Assembly (NCBI GenBank): GCA_965153455.1
Contig: OZ234493.1
Span: 13,072,213-13,136,212 of the forward strand
Reading direction: 5' to 3'
Source: Sphagnum compactum
Taxonomy: Eukaryota
DNA: 64,000 bases
Positions 60,038 through 64,000 of this stretch are shown here, piece by piece. The position numbers and the translations under genes are program-made. Numbering within the stretch: the stretch's first letter is position 1; each line of letters opens with the position of its first letter. Under the pieces are notes generated by a model. The model worked only from the letters and a program-made list of their open reading frames with translations. It was not told the origin of the DNA and made no database searches.

Positions 60038-61329
60038 TGGCAGCATGGGAGGAGAAGATAACCCAAAATTGGTGCAGGAACCCACCTGACCTGAGAGGTT
60101 TTCTCCAACACCCACTTCTAGAACTCACAATAGCTGCACATTTGGCAAAGTATTCTTTGATTGGATTAGCAAAGAAATGTAGAAGCTCAAGCAAGAAACA
60201 AACAACACTTTGTAACTAGATGTAGACTCCTTGTACATCTCCGCAGTCACTTTGGACCTTCTTCTCAGCATAGGTACTCATGAATATCCTCAGGCCTCAT
60301 CTTCCCCACCTTCAAAACCCAGTTCCAGTTTCCCTGAAAAAGGGGGGGAAAAAAACAAGCAGTTGACAGAAAACAACTTGGAAGAAGAGTGTTAGCATTT
60401 CAGAAAACCAGAATACAGTCTCAAAGCCATGCATCAAAACATAACCTGCCCTAAATTGCTCACTTGCTCACCAGAAGGATCAGGGTCTGAAAACTACACA
60501 GGACACCACAAAAGCAATTAGAAGATCTATGCTGCCAGTGATCCTTATTGGGTTCTCATCTTCCATGCTCCAGCTTATGTTGCAGCTCTAAATCGAATTG
60601 GTGACCTCGAAGCTCTTTCCATCACAACTGAAAAATAGAAAGGTAGCATGACCATGTGCAACAACACACTTATGAGTACTAGAAAGACCCAACAAAGGAA
60701 GTCATCTTATGAGGAAACATTGGCCATTCTAAAGAAAGCCCTTTGGACTGTACATGACAGCAGAGACCCATAACATCATCATGTATTTCTGCATTCTATG
60801 ACTTTGAAATCAACAGCATCTGCCACTCTAGGAGATGGTGAAGCACATCCCCTCAATAGGCTAAACAAACAAAAAAGGGTCCCTGGCCTGAATACATTCA
60901 AACAGTCCTCTAAAGATTGAAAAACCAGAAAAAAGATAAGGGAGAGAATGCCACAAAACTTGGCTATTAGAATGAATGTGAATCACTAGTTGGGATCAAG
61001 CTCTCTCCCATTCAGAAATATTCCATAATGACCATTACAAGACAACAACAATTGAAATTTAGCTCACTAGACACAATGCAGATTGAAAAAATACATTCCA
61101 AAGCTGCAGTTCCTTTCATCCACTATGGAAATAAAACTGTTTTCATGTAAATGAAGGGATAAATAAAGCAAATTAGCTAGCACTAGTTGAGCATCACAAA
61201 ACTCACTAAAACAAGCAAATAGGCTTAAATTATATCTTTCACAAGAATAGAGAAATCTCCATTCTCACAATGAAGAAGAAACAGCAAGGTTAACACTTCC
61301 TCAGGAAGCCACAGAAAGAACCAAACTGG

Positions 61330-62670
61330 GGAAGACAGAACAAACAAAAAACAAAAAACACACACTGGTATGAACAAAAGTGCGTGTCTCACACCTCTTC
61401 AGGGACCATTGATAGTAGTATGTATGATAGTGACTTAACTACCACAACTTCCCCACTGACTTCATCAGCTCCCTACAGTGGGTAAAGGCCGGTGACAAGC
61501 ACCAACCTACGAACTGAGTTTCTGCTGCAATTCCAGAAGCAATGGGAAGACTCAGCCATACTACTGGCTAGCAACAGACCACAACAACAAGGATAAGACA
61601 AAGAAACAAAGAATGACAGAAAGAGAAAAGAAAAACTAAAGGAAAGGACAAACAGGGAAAGACTATGAACAAGTGGGCTTACAAGAAGCTCCCCACTTAC
61701 AAGACCCGAAGCAAAATCATTTTGAAAAGGCCAAAAGCGGAAATTCCAAACAGGATTTTTTCTTTAATTAATAAGCAACCCCCTAGGTCTCTTTAGAAGA
61801 ATTTTTAAAGGGTAGCCTTTAGCCTTCAGAAAGACAATAAGACTGACCATCTGAAAGACAAAATACTTCTTACAACTACAAAGTCTCAAGAATCTGTCAA
61901 ATTGACTATTGATAACCCCCAGCTTTGCAGTCATTGAGATATTGGAATGAACATGAGGCATTCTAATCATTTCAAGACCTGCATACTCTGGTTGAGAGCA
62001 TTTGTCAAAAATGTCACAGGATAAACCTTGAGGACTTTGTCTCACAGCTAGATCCAAGAAATTACAAGAGAAGCCTTTAGACGTACAATTCAACTCACAA
62101 GATGTTTTTGGGTATATGCCGCTACCAAAAGAGTCTTGGTTAAGGTGCATGAAGTTCACAAAGTCTGGAAAATCAGGAACAAAAAGATCATCCACAAACC
62201 TACGAACCAGGGACAATCTATGAAGCACACCAGGACATGTGTTACTCTTCGAGAGACACTTAATGAAATCAAACGCATAGGTAAAGAGATAGAAATTAGC
62301 CAAACAGACCGCACAATTAGTACCCATGGGGATACCAATGCATTGTCTATAAACACCATGACCAATACAAAGAAACAAATTGTCTAATAAGAAATCCAGC
62401 CAAGAGATCAAATCTGAAGCCTCTGCAAAATTGAAGCTATGAAGATTTCAAACAAAATAATCCCTGCATTATTTTTCAGCAACAAAAACCTAAAGTTCAA
62501 AGCTGTTTTCTTAATCATCAAAAACTTAAAACGATGAAGCTTCAGCATCCAATTAAACACTTTATTTATCAGAACTCTCATACAAGCTTTTAGGCTTAAA
62601 TTGTATATTCCAACATAAATTAATGGAGACATCATCAAGTTTTATCCCATAACTTCCATTTAAAAGGCTT
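61330..62670 (-). mobile_element. 5'-truncated Penelope-like retroelement (RT, thumb and 3' trailer)
   Basis: YRQCIGIPMGTNCA..LAN.YL, RFVDDLF, NFLDL, FDK....P..HSNI....GVI.SQ..RF.R.CS...F, LK.KGY. The ORF ends (with a frameshift, ~61697) without a C-terminal GIY-YIG domain. Confidence 0.75.
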
Positions 62671-62773
62671 GCTTTCAGCATTGAAAACTTCTGAAAGTTT
62701 CTCAAATTGTACTAGGAATGCTGTACACAAAGAGGTCACTAACTATGCTAAAGTAACAAATCTTACTTGAAAA

Positions 62774-64000
62774 TTAGGGGGTTGGTTGAAAGCGGCCTAG
62801 CCTTCGAAGCTTTCGTCGTCTCTCCCAGGCCAGCTCTTTTACCTTGATCTCACCTTTCACAGGAGTTTCTGAAAGAAACACAGAAAATAGCAGTGATAAT
62901 CACCTTCTCTACAAATTGTTTATGTTGAAATAAGCTTAAACAGTCAAGCCCTACGATTAAAGAAGGATTTGTGGTGGCAACTCAATTAACATCAGCATAG
63001 CAGTTCATGTACCTAGACAAGTGTAGACTATTGAGCACTGATCTTGAGGTCCTCTACATTCTCCACATACTAAACAACAAATAGAACAGGTGATTCCTTA
63101 TTGATGCAAGAAAATTGACATATCCCCTACAAATTGTTCATGTGACATCCCTGAAAAGAAGTTGTCTAGCTGTTGGCTTCCTTAAGCATAGGAATATCCT
63201 AATCTGAGTCTCTGGCGATTCCATTCTTCAAGATGTGTGCTCCTTCACATGGCTTCTCTCTCTTTCCAGTCACAGAAAAATTCTTTTTTCTGTATGGTAA
63301 TACCCTGAGACCTTATGTCCAGGAACAGACTCCAAATGGACCATGAATACTCAAAGTCTGTAGAAATTACCTGGAATGGAATTTGCAGTGAGATCTCTGT
63401 TGTCTGACAATACTTCTTGAGCTAAAGGTTTCCATTGCTCCGATGATGAATATGGACAGCCCATACCCACACTCAGTCCTCGTAAAATGTGAATTGTTCT
63501 CAGTATGAAGAACAGATCCTTTGGAAAATTCTGCCACCGCCAAGGAAAAGGTTTCTAGCTTGTCACACATTGCTCTCAGTTGCTAACATCCCACTACTCC
63601 TAACATGTTACTTCTGAAACAGTATAAGGAGGAGTATTATGGTCACCCTACAAAGAACACACACAGGACCCAAAACAGCTTTGCTTTACACAATGAGCAG
63701 TGTCAGATGACATATAAGGCTGATCTGACAGTGGGAAATCGCAAGCAAAATTATGCTTTCTTTATAGATCTGCTGGAGAATTAAGTACAAATACCAACAA
63801 AGATAGTCTCCAAATGCACAAAAAAAATTTAATAACATTCCAACTGTACATTAGAAAACTGGACACAGCATTAGAGATCTTCTGTTGCAGATTATTTGAG
63901 AGAATGAAAAAAGTTGCTTGGGTTGCTGGGATGGATATACAGGCACCTTCACAGAGATTTCATTGAGAACAGAATCGTCCCCGAATGGATTGGCAATTGC
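62774..64000 (-). CDS. ABC1/UbiB-family atypical kinase (ABC1K), C-terminal exons; runs off the window end
   Basis: Exons >64000-63947 (NPFGDDSVLNEISVK), 63530-63371 (NFPKDLFFILRTIHILRGLSVGMGCPYSSSEQWKPLAQEVL) and 62868-62774 (stop TAA). Phases are consistent; the FP..LF..LRT...LRGLSVG.G..YS...QW motif is typical of plant ABC1K C-termini. Confidence 0.8.

Overview
Eukaryotic nuclear DNA from a land plant, most likely a moss (Sphagnum-like; inferred from gene set, intron style and repeat content, not verified). Intact genes: DNA2/JHS1 (5' part, -), ER FKBP15 (-), intronless EIN3/EIL (-), a probably organelle-targeted protein joining a PEND/At3g52170-like DNA-binding domain to three RRMs (-), intronless RPN7 (+), COG6 (+) and GEK1/DTD2 (+), and the 3' end of an ABC1K kinase (-). 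Features invisible to the ORF track: a two-gene box C/D snoRNA cluster (snoR13-like and U18-like, 35.56-35.87 kb) and two related non-autonomous composite Helitrons. Decayed sequences: an SF3A2 pseudogene, Myb/SANT and LEUNIG-like fragments, an MLKL-like (DUF1221/HeLo)-kinase pseudogene with a second HeLo-like module, an RLE-type (CRE-like) non-LTR retrotransposon, a pogo/Tc5 transposon, and a Penelope-like RT inside a 3'-UTR intron. Telo-boxes mark almost every housekeeping gene 5' end. Gene models were spliced by hand (GT-AG, phase-checked). Family assignments come from recognised motifs, with no database searches.
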